NCBI RefSeq assembly: GCF_009834535.1
Contig: NC_045697.1
Location: forward strand, 61,878,001 to 61,942,000
DNA: 64,000 bases
Source of the DNA: Camelus ferus
Taxonomy: Eukaryota
Reading direction: 5' to 3'
The notes below the pieces were generated by a model. That model was not told the DNA's origin. It saw only the letters and a list, made by a program, of their open reading frames with translations, and ran no database searches. Of this stretch, positions 37,438 to 52,160 are shown in pieces. Each line of letters opens with the position of its first letter. Position 1 is the stretch's first letter. The translations under genes and the position numbers were made by a program.

Positions 37438-39164
37438 ACATAACACAGCCTGGTATATTAAGGCTAACATATCTACACGTTAACCTCAGCAAAAAGAACC
37501 CAATAGACTGATATCTGGCAGAAAAGTCTTGATGACCAAACAGCTCCTTTTCAAAGAACACTTCATCTTCACGTTCACTGAAAGAATATCAGTCTCCAGG
37601 TGGCAATGAAATATTCTGAAACCTTTTCTGGGTCTAGGAAGGCTTTTGGGATCCAACTCAGAAGAGATTAAGAGGATCCAATGAGATCACGTATGCTAAA
37701 GTGTTCTGTTTACTGCACAAAGCCATACAAAGAGGAATCGGCTTGACAAAGAGCCTGTTTAGACTGTACTTAAGTTCTCACATTGTAAAGTGAGCACTCC
37801 ATCATCCTGCTTTCCATTGGAGGGTTTTTTGTTTTGATATTTAAAAGAGAATAAAATTTGCTGGATAAAAGGGGATCCACATGTTATGAAATCAGAGTTG
37901 TACTTCCTGTTTTGCCACTATTATCTACATTTGTAGCCATGCATTTTCTTCAAGATATGTCTATTAAGCACTGGCTGACAGCACGATGGGAAGTGCTGTG
38001 AGAGGCAGAAAAGAAGAGGAAGTATCCTTTACGGGCCTCCAGTTTCATCATCTGTGCAATACAGTTAACAGCTTCTAATCTCCCTCATGTTTCTACCCAG
38101 AAAAATCTGAGCAAGAGTGCTATCATTTCTACTAAGTGCTATCTTTAGAAGGGGGTCTGATAACAATGGTGTTTGGTCAGAATCTTGAATATTCAATTTT
38201 TATCCCTGGAAATTTCTTTGAATGAGGTAGCTTTTCTTTAGAAAAGTGGTAGGGATTAATTAAGTATAGATACCTGGATAAGGAAAGAGTTAATATAAGT
38301 ATTAAAATCCTTAACTCACCATTACAGCTCTAAAAAAAGATGAGAAAAGACTTTTCTAGGCTTTTCTAAGAAAGAAAGACCATTATGCTGTTTTCTTCTG
38401 TATCAGTTTGCCTTAAATGGGTGCTGTTTCCTAAGCTTAATAAGGGTCCTATTCCTTCTTTACCCTTACAGTCCATTATTGTGGGGGTTGCTTTGAGACG
38501 TCACCGCAAACATCTGTAAGAGATGATAGGAGCTCTCGTCATTCTGAGATGTAGATTTTAGCCATCTAAAATTACCCAAATGAAACAGATGTTGCAAATG
38601 TGAGTCCTTATTAGAATGTTTTCTTCTCATTACCCAGCAGAAAGCTGTGTTCCTCACATTCCAGTCACATTCCAGTCACACATAGAGGGCCGCCTAAAAA
38701 AGCTTGGGCTGAGCCTGCTGCCCATGTCTCTTTCTGCAGGACCTCTGGGCACCCAAGGACCTCTGGTTTGCATCACTGACATAATACAAAAAGCCATACC
38801 AGAAGCAGCCAATGAAGACCCAAGAACAGGACTGCCAGGTCCACTCAGTACCCAGCCCCCCATCATATGTTACTCAACGTAAATCTGCAACCATTGTAAC
38901 CAGGAGGCTAGTGACACATGAGGCTGTTTAATGAAAAATTGGGGGAAATTGACCCTTTAAGCATGCTATTAGCACTATATGATTGGCATTCATATAATGG
39001 AACTTTCTTCTGTTTGTGGTGAGTAGATCTCTTTATAATACAAAAAAGGGGGGGAGAGAAAAAGGAAAAAGCTATCTGGAGACATATTCTGATAAATGAT
39101 CCATACCATTTCCCTTCCTCCTTTCTGTATCCTCCTGGCATGTATGTTTCATATTCCAGAATTA

Positions 39165-39790
39165 ATTCACTCAATAAATACTGAATGCTTACTGTGTGCT
39201 GGGCATTATTCTGGTTACTGAGGAAACAGCAGTGGAAAACACAAAGTCTCAGTTCCCATTGAGCTAATACTCTAGTGGGAGACAGGCAATTGTAAAAATA
39301 GATATATAGTATAATGTTGGGGATACACATGCTTAGAACAAAATAAAGCAGGATAAAGGGAAAGAGAATGAAAATGGCTCCAATTTTCTGTAGAATAATA
39401 AGGACAAGCCTCACTGAAGAGGTGATCTGGAAGAGAAAAAGAAATGAATGAAGTGAGGGAATGAACCATGGGAAAACCTGGGATGAGAGTTCTGGGCAGC
39501 AGGAACAGCAGGTGAAAGGACCTGAAGGTGGGAGCAAGCTTGGTGTTTGAGGGACAGCAAAGCTATGAAGGCAGCTGGAGCAGAAGGATAAGGAGAGTTA
39601 CAGAACATGAAGCCAGAGATACCTTTCCACATCGGCTTGTGCCACTAGGAGGACTTTGGATTTTGTTCTACATGTGATGAGAAGCTATTGGAAGGTCTGA
39701 GCAGGTGAATATATGATCTGGTTTTTTAAAGGTCATTCTGGCTGCTATTTAGGAATAGTCTGATGGGGCAAAGCTACAGAGACTAATTGG
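39165..39790 (-). mobile_element. L2a LINE 3' portion
   Basis: 'tcactcaataaatactgaatgcttactgtgtgctgggc...aaggtcattctggctgct'. Confidence 0.85.
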
Positions 39791-39954
39791 GAAAGAGAAA
39801 GAAATCAGAGTTCTGTTACTGACGGTGTGTGGGGATCACAAATCTCATCCACCTTCTCAGATTCCCATCACTGCCTACTTCTTTCTTTCTGGAGGTTGAT
39901 ACCCACCTATACCAGCTAGCCCCTCCACTTTAGAACTTAGAGAAATTGGGGCCA

Positions 39955-40401
39955 GAGGTTGTCTAGGTCCTTCATGAAGGACAGTCCAAGCCTGGATTAA
40001 ACATGTAAAGATTTTACAGGGGGAATGCCTATGTGAAAGGAGATAGAGGGAGCTGGAGAGGGTGAGGAGAGCTGTCAGACAACAATGTAAGTCTGACACT
40101 GAGTGAAGGAGACAGGAGAGGGTTGAGTGAAAGCCTCCTAGAATGCCATGCAGTCCACCAAATGTTCGACAAAGTATCAGTTCTTGAGCCAGAGCTGGCC
40201 AATAAAGGAGTCCTGTGCCTACCAAGATGGGATCTGTATTAGTATCCCTGCCAAATTCAGTCATTGAAAGGGAGCAGTCTACAGGAAGCACTGACTAGTA
40301 CAAAGACAGGATAGATTCCAAAGCTCAGCAGTTGACGACCTCAGTGAAGGACAGACCCCCTTTAGTAGGACATAGGCCGGCACATTATCAAAGCTGCCAC
40401 A
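39955..40401. mobile_element. ERVL LTR16-like solo LTR
   Basis: 'gtcagacaacaatgtaagtctgacactgagtgaaggagacaggagaggg' and 'ggagtcctgtgcc'. Confidence 0.65.
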
Positions 40402-40914
40402 AAAGGTTAATAGAGAAAATGAAGGGTCAAGGGATAACTTTTTTTTTTTTAAGGATGGCAGATGTCCCAGTACAGAGGGTCATAATGAAGCAGAAGAGGG
40501 AAGGGAAAATGGCAGAAGCAAGAGTGATTCAACTATGGTAATGCGGTAGAATTGTGTGATTCACTGCCTATACATGAAGAAGAAAACATGAAGTGTTTAT
40601 TGTAATGTTTAAAAAGTGGACCCCTCAAACTTAATTTTCTACACACATGTCATATACATCTATCCATATTTTCATGTACCTCACTGATCGTGACATAAGC
40701 ATGCTCACCTGGCTGGTACAGCAGTGGCAAGCAGGGGCAGCTGTATCGAAGACCACTATACCCAAGGGACTGAGCTGCTCCCATTCACTCACATCCAAAC
40801 TCACTTTGATATATCAGCAGGTACCTTCAAGTTGCCTTGAAAGGAGATATTACCCACATGTGCCTAGAAAGAATTGGGTAAAGAGTAAAAAGTTATTGCT
40901 GGTCATTGTTCAGA

Positions 40915-41030
40915 TTTAATGTGAGAATCTGGTGCACTTTTAAAAGGTAGGTATGGAGGTTTGGCTCCAGCATCAGCATTTTTTTAACTCTCCAGTGATT
41001 ATAATGTGTAGCCAGGATCAAGAACCAGTG
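40915..41030. mobile_element. MER5-like MITE fragment
   Basis: 'ttttaactctccagtgattataatgtgtagccaggatcaagaaccagtg'. Confidence 0.6.
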
Positions 41031-44000
41031 TGCTAAAAGAGTGAAGGAAAGGAAACAATTTATTCCAAATAGAGAAGTGGATCATATTTTTTATGATACA
41101 CTTGAGTTGGGTCTTAAAGTAGGATTTCAGTCTAGAAAATGAAGCAAAAGAGGGTCCTAATGTTGAAAGAAAAACATGACAATTAAAAAAAACACAACAC
41201 TCCAAGAAAGGAACGTGAATGGTAAGCTTAGCAAATGCTGAGTGTTCCTTGAGGTTAAGACACCAAGCGCAAGAAGGGGTATAATGAAAGGTAAGTGCAG
41301 AGAGGGGTCAGATTATCAATGAGAGGTTCAATCTATAAGGCCAAGTAACCTTTCGCAAAGTCACAAAATTAAACACCAACTAGAATTCTGACCCTATGAA
41401 ATCATGGGGAATCTTATCCAGATAATCTTTCATCTAATAAAATCATGTCATGTCTCACTGTCTCACTAATTCAACATGTGAAGAGATTTTTTTAATAGCT
41501 CTTCACTTTGAATCATTTTCCTAAATATTCCTAACTGAACTGAATTGGAGTAACACATCAGGAATAAATGGGGTCAATAATCCTGTAGGCAAAGTATCTG
41601 TAGGTGCAACAATGCAACAGACTTTATCAATTATTGTTAAAATGTGTGCTTCTGGCTTATCTATACTGACTTTAAGTCATCAAGGAAAAAAATATGAAAA
41701 CACCAATTTTAAAATATACATATTTCTGTGTCCTCATATGCTTTTTCAGCTCCACTGAAGAGCAACCATGGTTCAGGTAATACCAACCTGGGAAAATCTA
41801 CAATTTATATACATACCTTTAGAATGATTTTGAGTCTCTGCATAGAATTTATCTTCCTATTTAAAATTTTTCTTCAATTAATATTAAAATTAGTTTGCAT
41901 TTTTCCTGAATATATATCATAAATGGCATGGAGAATGCAGACTGGCAACACCCCTATGCCAAATGGAGGGTCATCTTGCTATTTCCACTTCCCCAGTTAA
42001 TCTACAAAATAAGTATTTCACAGGTGGATAAAATCAGAGCTGATCATATATGATGGACCAGGAGGACTGTGTTCTATCTTCATAACCCAGAATAAGAAGA
42101 AAAGAAAGGGCTCAGATTTCTTTGCAAAATATTTAGATTCAAAAGAACCAACAGAATTTCTCTGAACAGTTTAACATGCAGTACTGATGCATGGAAGGCA
42201 CTTTACATCCCCAAATCAAAGCTCTGGGTAGAATGAAAAAGAGTTCCACTCTGAGCTCAGTTATTTGTGGATACTATGAAAACAGGAGCTCAATGTCCTG
42301 CTTTCATAACGTGTCTAAAAGCGCTGATACTGTTTCTAATATTATTCATTAACTAAGAACATACAAAGATTAATACAAAGGCCTGACTTGAAAATGGACT
42401 TGCTATCTGAGAGGGAATGGAAATGCACTCGAAGAGACACTGACACCTTAGGATTTTGTGGGAAGTGATAACGCCTAAAAGAAGAAAATCAGCTCCAGCT
42501 TTCATGCTTTATTTTTGTCAAACAGGTTTTCAGGTTGACACTACTGGACATTGGCAGATTGCTCCTTTCTGCTGCCTCCCACCTTTACCCTTTAGTATGT
42601 TCCACCTCCTTCCCTTGGGTCTGAATCTGGTTTGCCTCGCTGAGACCAGGGCCATTGAACAGGGAATGGGACTAATTCTGCCTCAGTGTGCACCCAGAAT
42701 GGCACTATCATCTCCATATGGGACAAAGCATCAGAATCACCAGAGAAAGAAGGCCAAGGGAAGCAGAACTGGGCAAGCAAGAAAAACTATTTCTTTCTCT
42801 TTCTTTAACTTCTCCACAACAAAAGCCACTTTCCTTCAATATCTAGAGCTTTGTCTAATATTTTCTGTTGCTTGCATTTCTCAAAAGGTAAATTTAGTTC
42901 TCTTATCTCTGGCTCCCTTCCACTCTCCTCTCCCCAGGTAAGATGGAGATCAAAGATCTTTCTTTCTTTCTCTCTCTCTCCTTCTTTTTTAAACATGGAA
43001 AGATGAACCAAACAGAGCTTAGAGGTCCATTAAAATCCCCAGCAGCCCACTGAGTCAATAACATACAAAGCAACTTTGATTTATGTGTGGCCTGAAATGC
43101 TGCCTTGGAAAAACAATGTGTATTTTCAGAATAAATATATTTAAAAAATACATTCTGGTTGATACATCTTAACCATCTTTATTGATGTCTATAAGCAACA
43201 CATATGCCAAAAGAGATAGACAAGTTGAAAAGACCAACCAGTTGGGAAGAGGTACTTCACAATACTGGAATGGATACAGGACTTAGTAACCAAACATTAT
43301 AATTTCGGCTTTATTACCATTCCCTTGATTAGAATCTTTTCGTATTAAGGTAAACAAAGTGCTTTGTCTCACAGAAATCTTTTTATTTTTATTAATTTGA
43401 AACTATGTTTCAAAAGCTTTGGATCCTGTAAATTTATCTTTGAAATTATCAGTCCTGTCATGAAACTAATTTTTATTATATTAGGCCATAAAAGATGGCC
43501 TACTAGTTTTTCTGGGTCCCTTGGAACATAAGAGGTGGAAAATGATGGGGACATTGGGAAGGCATGCATTAAGTGCTCTGGGGCATCAACTCATAGCACC
43601 AGGCCCAGAAGACCTAAAAGAATACACTTGTCCACCAGAGATCCTACCTAATGACTCCCAAGGAGTAGTTTACACGGCCTAGGATTTATTTTAGAAAAAT
43701 CCTACAGCCAGGTGCCTCTTCTCATGGACTCCTAGAAATCCATGGATATGTTTTTGGAAAATCTTTAGCTGTTATGATTATGTACTGCATGTTTTCTTTT
43801 CAGTGATCTTTCAAAAACAGTATGAGAAAATTCTGGATTATCTGGGTGCCCCTTACAATTGAGGGGATAACCTAAGTGGGGATAACCTTAAGTGGCGGCA
43901 GTTAACTTTCAATGCAAGGCTTCTCAAACCTCCTGAGGTCCACATGTGGATGGTACTAGGCAAGCTCAGGTGTGGGTGCCATGGATGTGGTCAAAAGCTG

Positions 44001-44794
44001 AGAATCAACAGACAGCATTTCTCTTCCTATTCTTCAGTCTTGGTAAGTTCCAAACTAACAGGTTTCCTCTTCAAAACATTCTTTCAAGGCCAGTGAGGAT
44101 ATCTCTTGTATTCCATGATCAAAAATCAAGGCAAATGTTTCTTAATTAATCTGCTTCCATACTGCACATTAAGCGCAGAGCAAGATCCTTTGGCACTTCA
44201 TTCCTGGTTCTTCATTTTTATCCCCCATTTCAGGTGTGCTCTGTCACTGGCATTGACTAGACCACAGCTCTCAGACTGGCACAGCCAGACCCTGTGCTCA
44301 GGAGGTATTGAGAAATCCTTGCTAGTGCCTAGAAAAAACTCAGAAGAGACTTGGGCTATCAGATAACGTCCCAGTGATGCGTACCAGTTATCAGTATTCA
44401 GAGACTGTGGAATGAAATTCCAGTCAGAGCAAATTCACCCTGACTTATGAATTTTCTGGAGGTTATTAGGATGAACCAAACTGGGAAGAAGTGATTGAAA
44501 AAAAGCTTCTAATATCCCTCCACCAGAATAAAATGCGTAAGCCAGCTGAAAACAGGGAGTTGATTTCCCAGACGATTCCTTGGATTGATTTAGATGCAGG
44601 CATCTCACATCTCATACAGTTCTGATTAATATCCACTTTATCTCCCTCTGTTGCTCACTTTCTCACAGATGAATTAAATAATGCCTACCTGTGCCACCCC
44701 AAGTCCTGCAGGAGCACAACCTGATTGCTCAGAAGTGGTCTATTATGGTGAGCATGGAAAGCAATCATAATAAATTACCACTTTTAACTCCATC

Positions 44795-44818
44795 ACACAC
44801 ACACACACACACACACAC
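44795..44818. repeat. (CA)n microsatellite
   Basis: Directly visible. Confidence 0.95.
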
Positions 44819-45869
44819 CCCAACGCATCCTCCCCCTTCCCACTGCAGCCTCACAGCAGCCCTCATGACTCAATAGGCCAATTAAGTAACGTGATATAAA
44901 CATGCAGGTTGAAAATGAGCCATCTCTCCTCAGAGCTGCCTGCAAATCGAACAGCGCTTTATTTCATTTGCAGTCGGGGCAATTAACCCAGATACTGTCA
45001 ATATCAGACACTTTTGTGACCTTCAACACTGCAGGTAAAACCACTCTTTCCTGACCCTCCTCGTTCCCTTTCTCCCCTCTGCCAACTCTTCCTGTCTTAG
45101 CTGTTACACATTCCCGCTAGGTATTTCTCTTTAACCAAATCAGCTCTTTGATGCATGTCTCTCTCACTGCTTTCTCTGTTTCTGACTTCCATGAGATATT
45201 CAGAAGGAGAGCTGAGGCAATGCTGCTTCCAAGAAAGGAAGAAAGAGAAAAGGAGGTGCTGTATTGTCTTCTAATCACCAGCTCAATCAGAAATTTGGCA
45301 GCCTGGAAATGTCATGCATAATATATGGAGCAAGCGCTTTTAAAAGTGGATTATGAGGATTTTTTTTTTCTGATATAAAGCCAGGCGATTTTATGCTGAT
45401 GCTGCTAAATGAAATAATCCTTTCTTTGGTCTTTCCCTGAGGGCCATTTTCATATTATTTTATGTTATGTGTTTTTCTTCTCTTCATGGGTTTCTTTCTC
45501 TCATATTTATTTAAAAGATACACATCCTCAAAACTTTTTTGTAATATTTTTGTACGTTTTCCTGTCATTTCCATGAATGCATTGAGAATTCATTCATTTT
45601 CTTTCTCCAGCTGCTGTTTTGGTGGACTAATAACGTTGCTGTTAAAAATCTCCCTGGATCAAAGAAGATGTGCTGAGACTTAGAAACAGAAAGAATAAAG
45701 TTAACTGCAACTGAAAATAGCTGAGTGTCGTTATATCTCAGGGAGTATAGTAAATGTGATTAAAATCACTATGTTGAAGAAATAGACCTTAGATACCATT
45801 TAGTCCAACCCACTCATTTGCACATAAATCCACTAAGTTATAAGGTCTTTGTACACTGGTCTAGTATTC

Positions 45870-46605
45870 ACCACACAGTGAATCCATCAACAAGGCCCCT
45901 CACGCTACCTTCAAAGTGTAATCCAAATCCACATAACTGTCACCACCTCCTCTGCTACCCATCCTGCCCAAGTCATTGTTTCTTACCTGAATGGCTGCAG
46001 TAGCTTCATACTTCGTCTCCCTGCTCCTATATTTGTTCCCAAGTTAATTATTCTCTTATAGCAACCATATGGATCCTCTAAAAGTGTAAGTCAGATCATG
46101 TTATTGTCCTACTCAAAACCCTTCAATGTCTTGCCATCACACAATCCAAAGTCTTTTCCATTAATCAAAAGACCCTACATCACCTGGCCCCGGCTGCCCC
46201 TCTGATTCCATTACCTTCCTTTCCCCACCTTCTTCACACTGTTCCTTAAACCCACAGAGCATACTCCCTACTTGGGCCTTGACTCATAAAGCTCCCATAT
46301 AGAAAGTTCTTTCCATAGATCGTCTCATGGCTCACTCCCTTATTTCATTCAGATCTCTGCTCAAACGTCACCTGCTCAAGAGAAGCCTTCTCTGACTCCC
46401 CTGTTAACAGCCACTTACTTCACTCACAACTTTCAATTGTCTTTCTTCCTTTTCCCAGCTCAGTTGTTGTCATAGGACTTTTATCTCTAATCCACATTCA
46501 GTTATATATTTTTATATTTACTTACTTATGTATTGACTGCATCCCTCACTGTAAAGCAGGTAAATATGGTCTTTGCCTCTTTCATGCAGCGTTGTATTTC
46601 CAGAA
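45870..46605 (+). mobile_element. L2 LINE fragment
   Basis: 'aagtcagatcatgttattgtcctactcaaaacccttcaatg' and 'tcattcagatctctgctcaaacgtcacct'. Confidence 0.85.
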
Positions 46606-47093
46606 GAGCGAAATCAGGCAGGAAGTCCCAGACCTCAGACCTGTGGCCCGGTTACAGTTTTCTGTATTATCAGGATCTAGGAAGGAAAAGTAAAGAACGT
46701 CTGTTCTTCCTTCTGTGGTTTATGAAATATCCAATTTGGAGTGTTTGAGGTCTGGTATGAGGCAACCAAGGATCTAATTTGGACCAATTTGAAATATTAA
46801 AGGACAAAACAAGATGTCCTGGGAATAAGGTCAAATATTCTAGCAGCAAACTCTCTCTTTGTAAGATCCCTCTAGCGTGACATGTTGTTTATCGAAACAG
46901 GGTAGGTATTTGTAATTTTGAAAATTATAAAAATCTTTGTTAAAGTTTGACCAGGGGCACTGCTCGACTTTCATGTTGAGTAAGTGACAGAAAAGATCTC
47001 TAAGGCCACAGAGGGGTTAAAAGTAGAGGCCAAAAGTATGTGCTCTGGAGCCAATCTGTCTTGACCCAAATCCTGGCTCAGTCACTTACATGC

Positions 47094-47582
47094 TGTGATG
47101 GTTAATTTTATGTGTCAACCTGACTGGCCCATGGGGCACCCAGACATTTGGTCAAACATTATACTGGATGTGTCTATGAAGGTGTTTTTGCGTGAAATTG
47201 CCATTAGAATCAGTAGACCGAGTAAAGGATATTGCTCTCCCTACTGTAGTGGGCCTCATTCAATCAGCTGAAGGCCTGAATAGAACAAAAAGTCCGGCCC
47301 TCCCAGGAGTAAGAATTTCTCCTGCCTGATATTATTCAAACTGGAATATTTGTTTTTCCCAGCCTTTGGACTTGAACTGAAATATAAGCTCTTCCTGGGT
47401 CTTGAGCCTGCCAGCCTTCAGACTAGAATTTACACCACCAGTTCCCCAAGGTCTCCAGCTTGCTGGCTAAAGAGTTTGAGACTTGTCAGCCTCCATAATC
47501 ACATGAGGAAATTCCTTATATTAAATCTCTTTATACATATGTCCTATTGATTCTGTTTCTCTGGAGAACACTGACTAACACA
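47094..47582 (+). mobile_element. ERVL MLT2 solo LTR nested in a MIR
   Basis: TGTGATGGTTAATTTTATGTGTCAAC...GTTTCTCTGGAGAACACTGACTAACACA; 5-bp TSD catgc/catgt; MIR halves at about 47030-47093 and 47588-47740. Confidence 0.92.
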
Positions 47583-49499
47583 CATGTTGTTGGGATCTTT
47601 GATCATATTACTTAACTTTTCTGTCTCTGTCTATAAATGGCAATAATTTACAGCATCTATCATAGAGAATTGTTATAAAGCATAAATAAGTTACTACATA
47701 TGAATTGTTTTAGTAGTCTCTACACATAGTAAGCATTATGTCAGCTATTATAATCATTTTGCCATCCAGGAGATTTTTTTAAGAATAGTGTTTTCCTATG
47801 AGCATTTTGTCCTGTATACAGTTTATAGAAGAGGTACAGTAATTTCTGTCTTGATGCAGTTTCCCTTACTCTAGGACCCTGGAAGATATGCTGGAACATG
47901 AGATACCCATTAACAAAATAATCCCTTTCATCTTTACCTCAATATCTGCAACAACAGAAATATCTCCCATATAATTAATTAGACTTTGTAAACCAAATAA
48001 AAAAGTATTGGGCCAAGGTTTAAAAAGGTGTTTCCTAAGCAACAAGAGAGTTTAAGGTTGGTATTCAAAGTGCACTTTACAGGTAAGGAAGCTGGAAAAA
48101 GAATACTGCCATAACCAAGGTCACACGAAAGGGAGGACTGCTAACTCTCCAGCCCACTGTTTAACTCGCTGAATCCATACAGAGACAAGCCAAATCTCTC
48201 TTCTAATGTACTTGATCTCTGATACTTTGAAGCCGCTAGACTCCCATGTTCACTCTGAACAAAGATTCATCTTACACTACTTCAACCTCCCCAGGCCAGT
48301 CTGGACTTACGGTTTAATTAAATCCTTGGAGCTGCATTTTTGAAGGAGCTATTATCTTTAAGTGATTCTGGTGTATGAGCACATAGGAAAGGAGGAGGGA
48401 GAGGGAAAGAAGACAGCAAGAGGTGAGAGAGGTAAGAAAGATAGAGTACAAATCAAGTATCTTTGATCTCAGTTGATTAGTTACACATTTTTGTCAGAAG
48501 TAATTGAAAGACACAAGGAGAATGTGAATTACCCACGGAAAGTGACAGTGTGTGGTAGGTACATAGCCTCTCTCCATTACCTATGTCAATGGTAGAACCA
48601 AAGTGCTGACACTGCATCATGGTTTTCAAAAGGCAATTTTGGACATGACATAAAACAGTTTTTCACCCTTACAATTTACATTTAGATGCTGCAGAAATAA
48701 GTTATGGAAGCAAATCTAAGTTGAGTTTACAGTTTCAATCAAAATTTCTCTTTTCTTACGATGTTTATTATTCATCATATACAATGCCATTACACAGTGA
48801 GAAGATTTTCAAGAATAGTGTTTTTGCATTGCCCAGTTTGCCACAGGCATGGTTAAATCAGGGGTATCGTTCCTTCTGCAAAATAAAAATTAAGTATTCT
48901 TTAGCTTTCAAAGAGTGATTTTGGATGAACAAATATTTGGGGGGTTCAGAAAATGATCAAAGCTAGTAAACGTCTTCTCTTTCCCAGATATTTTTATTCC
49001 TGAAGCATAGAAACAAGGAAATGGCACCTTTCCATGCAAATAGAATGGCCTCAGGCTTTTCTTTGCAATATTTATGATCAAATTATATTTTTTAATGTCT
49101 TTGGAACTCTAGAAACAATTGGAACTACATGATTAGCTGACAGTGCTATGTTTTTATTATACACAATAAATCTAGGTGTAAATTTCATTTCAATATTATA
49201 TCCTCTGAGGTTGTTAGCCACTTGATCTTTAAATTTGCACATTTGGTACAATCTAATTCAACAAATGGTAATTGCCTGCTATAGATTGGGTACTGTGTTA
49301 GGCACTGTGGTGGTTAAAAATGAGAATACAGTCCCTGTACCTAATGAACTCACAAGTTAGTTAGGGGATAGGCTTCTAAAAGAGACAGAATAAGGGCACA
49401 GACTAAATCAAAATGCAGAATAAGATAGCATCATGAAGACATATACAAGGTGCTAGGTAAAGTTCAAATGTTTCTCCCTCAACCCCTTGGATCCCAACT

Positions 49500-52160
49500 T
49501 CTTCAAAGTCAGGCTACCAATCTTCTATCATCTTGTTCATCCTCCCTGTTGTACTTATGTGCAGACCCGCAGGTTAATTCTCTTCATCCCTTAAAGAGGC
49601 AGCACCTGACTCATTGTAACTCTCCACAACTACTCTTGGTGATTTCAGTGTCTACTTGGATTTCCTTCCAGTATCTTGGCTTTTTAGTTTCATTGCTTTC
49701 TTAACTACAATGATCTGATCTTCCAACCACCCCATTTCAGCTTCCCTCTTTTCTACACACAATCATTACAAATGACTGCACTGCTTCCGCTGGCTCAGTT
49801 CCAAGCATCCCACTCTCTGAGCTCCATCTGCTAACCTCCTGGCTCACTCCCTCTGGTACCCTAACTCCAGCAATCTATTGAACTCATCCATGTTTTCACC
49901 TTCCCTCCCCACCCTAGCCTAGATTCCACAACCCATCGTTATTATCACTGTACTGCACATGCCCTACCCTCCCCTACCCCCAACACTGATAATTGCAAAC
50001 ACCACTCCAAAGCTGCACTTGAATCACAGGCACCAAAGCCACTGAGTAGGTGAATACATAATTATGCTGATTCGCCCTGCTTCAAACGTATGACTACAAA
50101 CTCTACTGCCTCCTGACATGCATATTCTATTTCTCTAATCTGTTGTCAGTCTCCCACTCTCCAGAAGAACATTCGTATCTTCTTTTCTCTCTCAAACTCC
50201 CAACATCTCTCCTGCTATCTTTTCTCTCAATTACGACCTGATTTCTTATTCGCTGAGAAAACAGAGGCAGTCAGAAGAGAGTCACATCTTCCTACAGCCA
50301 CAAGCCTGCCTGCATCTGTACCCATATACTCTTCCTTCCCTCCTGTTCAAATGGATGAACTGTTTACACTCCTATCAGAGGCCAACTCCTTGACTTGTAC
50401 TTTGGATCTCTTCTGCTCTTGCTCTTGAGAAGATTTTGCACACCCTCTCTCCAACATCTTCAAGTTTTCCCTCTGGGTTATTCTCATCAGTATACAAACA
50501 TATGATAATATCACTTATCTTTTAGAATATTCCTCCCCAGATTTCAGATTATCCTCCAACCACCACTTCTTTGCTCTCCCTTATAGCAAATCTCATTTTT
50601 TTTAAGTTGTTTATACCTGCAGTGGCAAATTCCTCTCTGCCAATTCTCTCTTGATTCAGACTTTGTCTCCACCATTTCAGTGTACCTGCTTTTAATCTCC
50701 ACCATAACAATAGTCATATCTCAACTCTCATCTAACCTCTTATAGTGGCAGCATATTACAGGGCTTATTATTACTTATTCATTGAAATACTTTTTTCACT
50801 TGGCAACCAGGCTGAGTATCCAACTATTAACTGACAACTTCATAGTTGCTACTTCCAGCCATGACCTCTCCCCAAGTTCTAGCTTTGTGTCTCCAACTGC
50901 CAAGAAGACACTGCCACTTAGATGGACAACAGCATCTCAAATCTAACATATACAGCAATTACACTAATTTTTCCCTCTTACCTGTTTCTCCTACAGTTAG
51001 CCCCTCTCCAAAAAAAAAAAAAAAAATCAATTTCATCTGTCCAGTTGCTCTTGCCAAAAAGTTTGAAATCATCTTTGACCCTCTTGTTCTTCCCTCCTAC
51101 ATCCAACCTAAGAGCAAATCTTGTTGGTGCCACTTTAAAAATACAGCCAAATACAGGCACTTCCTATAACCTATACTATTACCCTAGTCTAAGTCATCAT
51201 CTAGATTTTTGCAATCACCTTTTAATCAGACTGCCTGCTTTTACCCTTAACTCCTATATTTCTTTCCTCACAGAGCCAAGAGAGTAATTTTTTTTAATGT
51301 TAGTCATTTCAGATCATTTCTCTACTCAAAATATTCCAGGATATCCATATCTCTTTCAGAATAAAAGCCAGAGTTTTTTCAAGACCCATCAGTCCCACAT
51401 GAGCTGGTCCTCACAAAATCTCTGAGATCACTTCCTATGACTCTTTCCCAGCTCCCTCTGCTCCATGCAACTGCAAGAGGGCTACAAAATTTAGTCTTCC
51501 AAGTTCCTGGAAGGAGAAGAGAACCATCCATAAGTACCGCCAATCTTTCCAAAATGTCCAAGACTAACAGGGCAGCATGGGGCACCAGATCATTGTGCAC
51601 AATGTGACATGGACCAGGACGCAAGGCTTGGTCCAGAGGTGGCTGCTGCTGATACTGTCACCATCACTACTCTGTAACCTTCACTTCTCACATCTAATCA
51701 TTCCTCAAGTCTTACAGGTTCTACCTTCTTAAACATTGATGTGTTGGGCAATATTGGGTCCTTTTCTCCATTACTGCTACCACTACCCTCTACCTTTAGC
51801 CTTTTACCACTCTCATTTGGAAATCTGTAGTCTCCTACCTGGTCTCCCCACTCTCTGTCTTCCATTGTATCTCCCATCTCAAAGAGATATTTCCTGATCA
51901 TCTAACCCAAATACTCTCTTTACCCCAGCCACCTTCTCATGCTCTGTTCTTTTTTTTTCCAGATCCCCTGCCACTATCTGAAGTTGTAAGTATATCTGTC
52001 CACTTGTCCCCACCTCTGTTTCTACCACCATAAACATAAAAAGGCACTGGAATGTGAGCTCCCTGAGATTAGGGAGTTGACTAATCAGAGCTTTAGCTCC
52101 AGCTCCTGGAAGAGTGTCTAGCACAAGGCAGATCCTTAATGTATATTTGTAGAATAAATA
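49500..52160 (+). mobile_element. Long, fragmented L2 LINE (ORF2 relic to 3' end)
   Basis: Pyrimidine-rich L2 text ('ctgagaaaacagaggcagtcagaagaga', 'cacttagatggacaacagcatctcaaatctaacat') and 3' end 'tatatttgtagaataaataaa'. Confidence 0.75.

Noticed and set aside
38908..39537. Longest ORF in the track (209 aa, minus strand)
   Set aside because: Lies largely in a decayed L2, starts at a non-ATG codon, has low-complexity hydrophobic composition and no recognisable domain.
43863..43893. Short tandem duplications (also about 24612-24632, 25113-25145, 38655-38680)
   Set aside because: Ordinary 10-18 bp slippage duplications.
49962..49981. G-quadruplex motifs (here on the minus strand; also 11069-11098 on the plus strand)
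   Set aside because: Common motifs; this one lies inside an L2 relic and nothing supports function.
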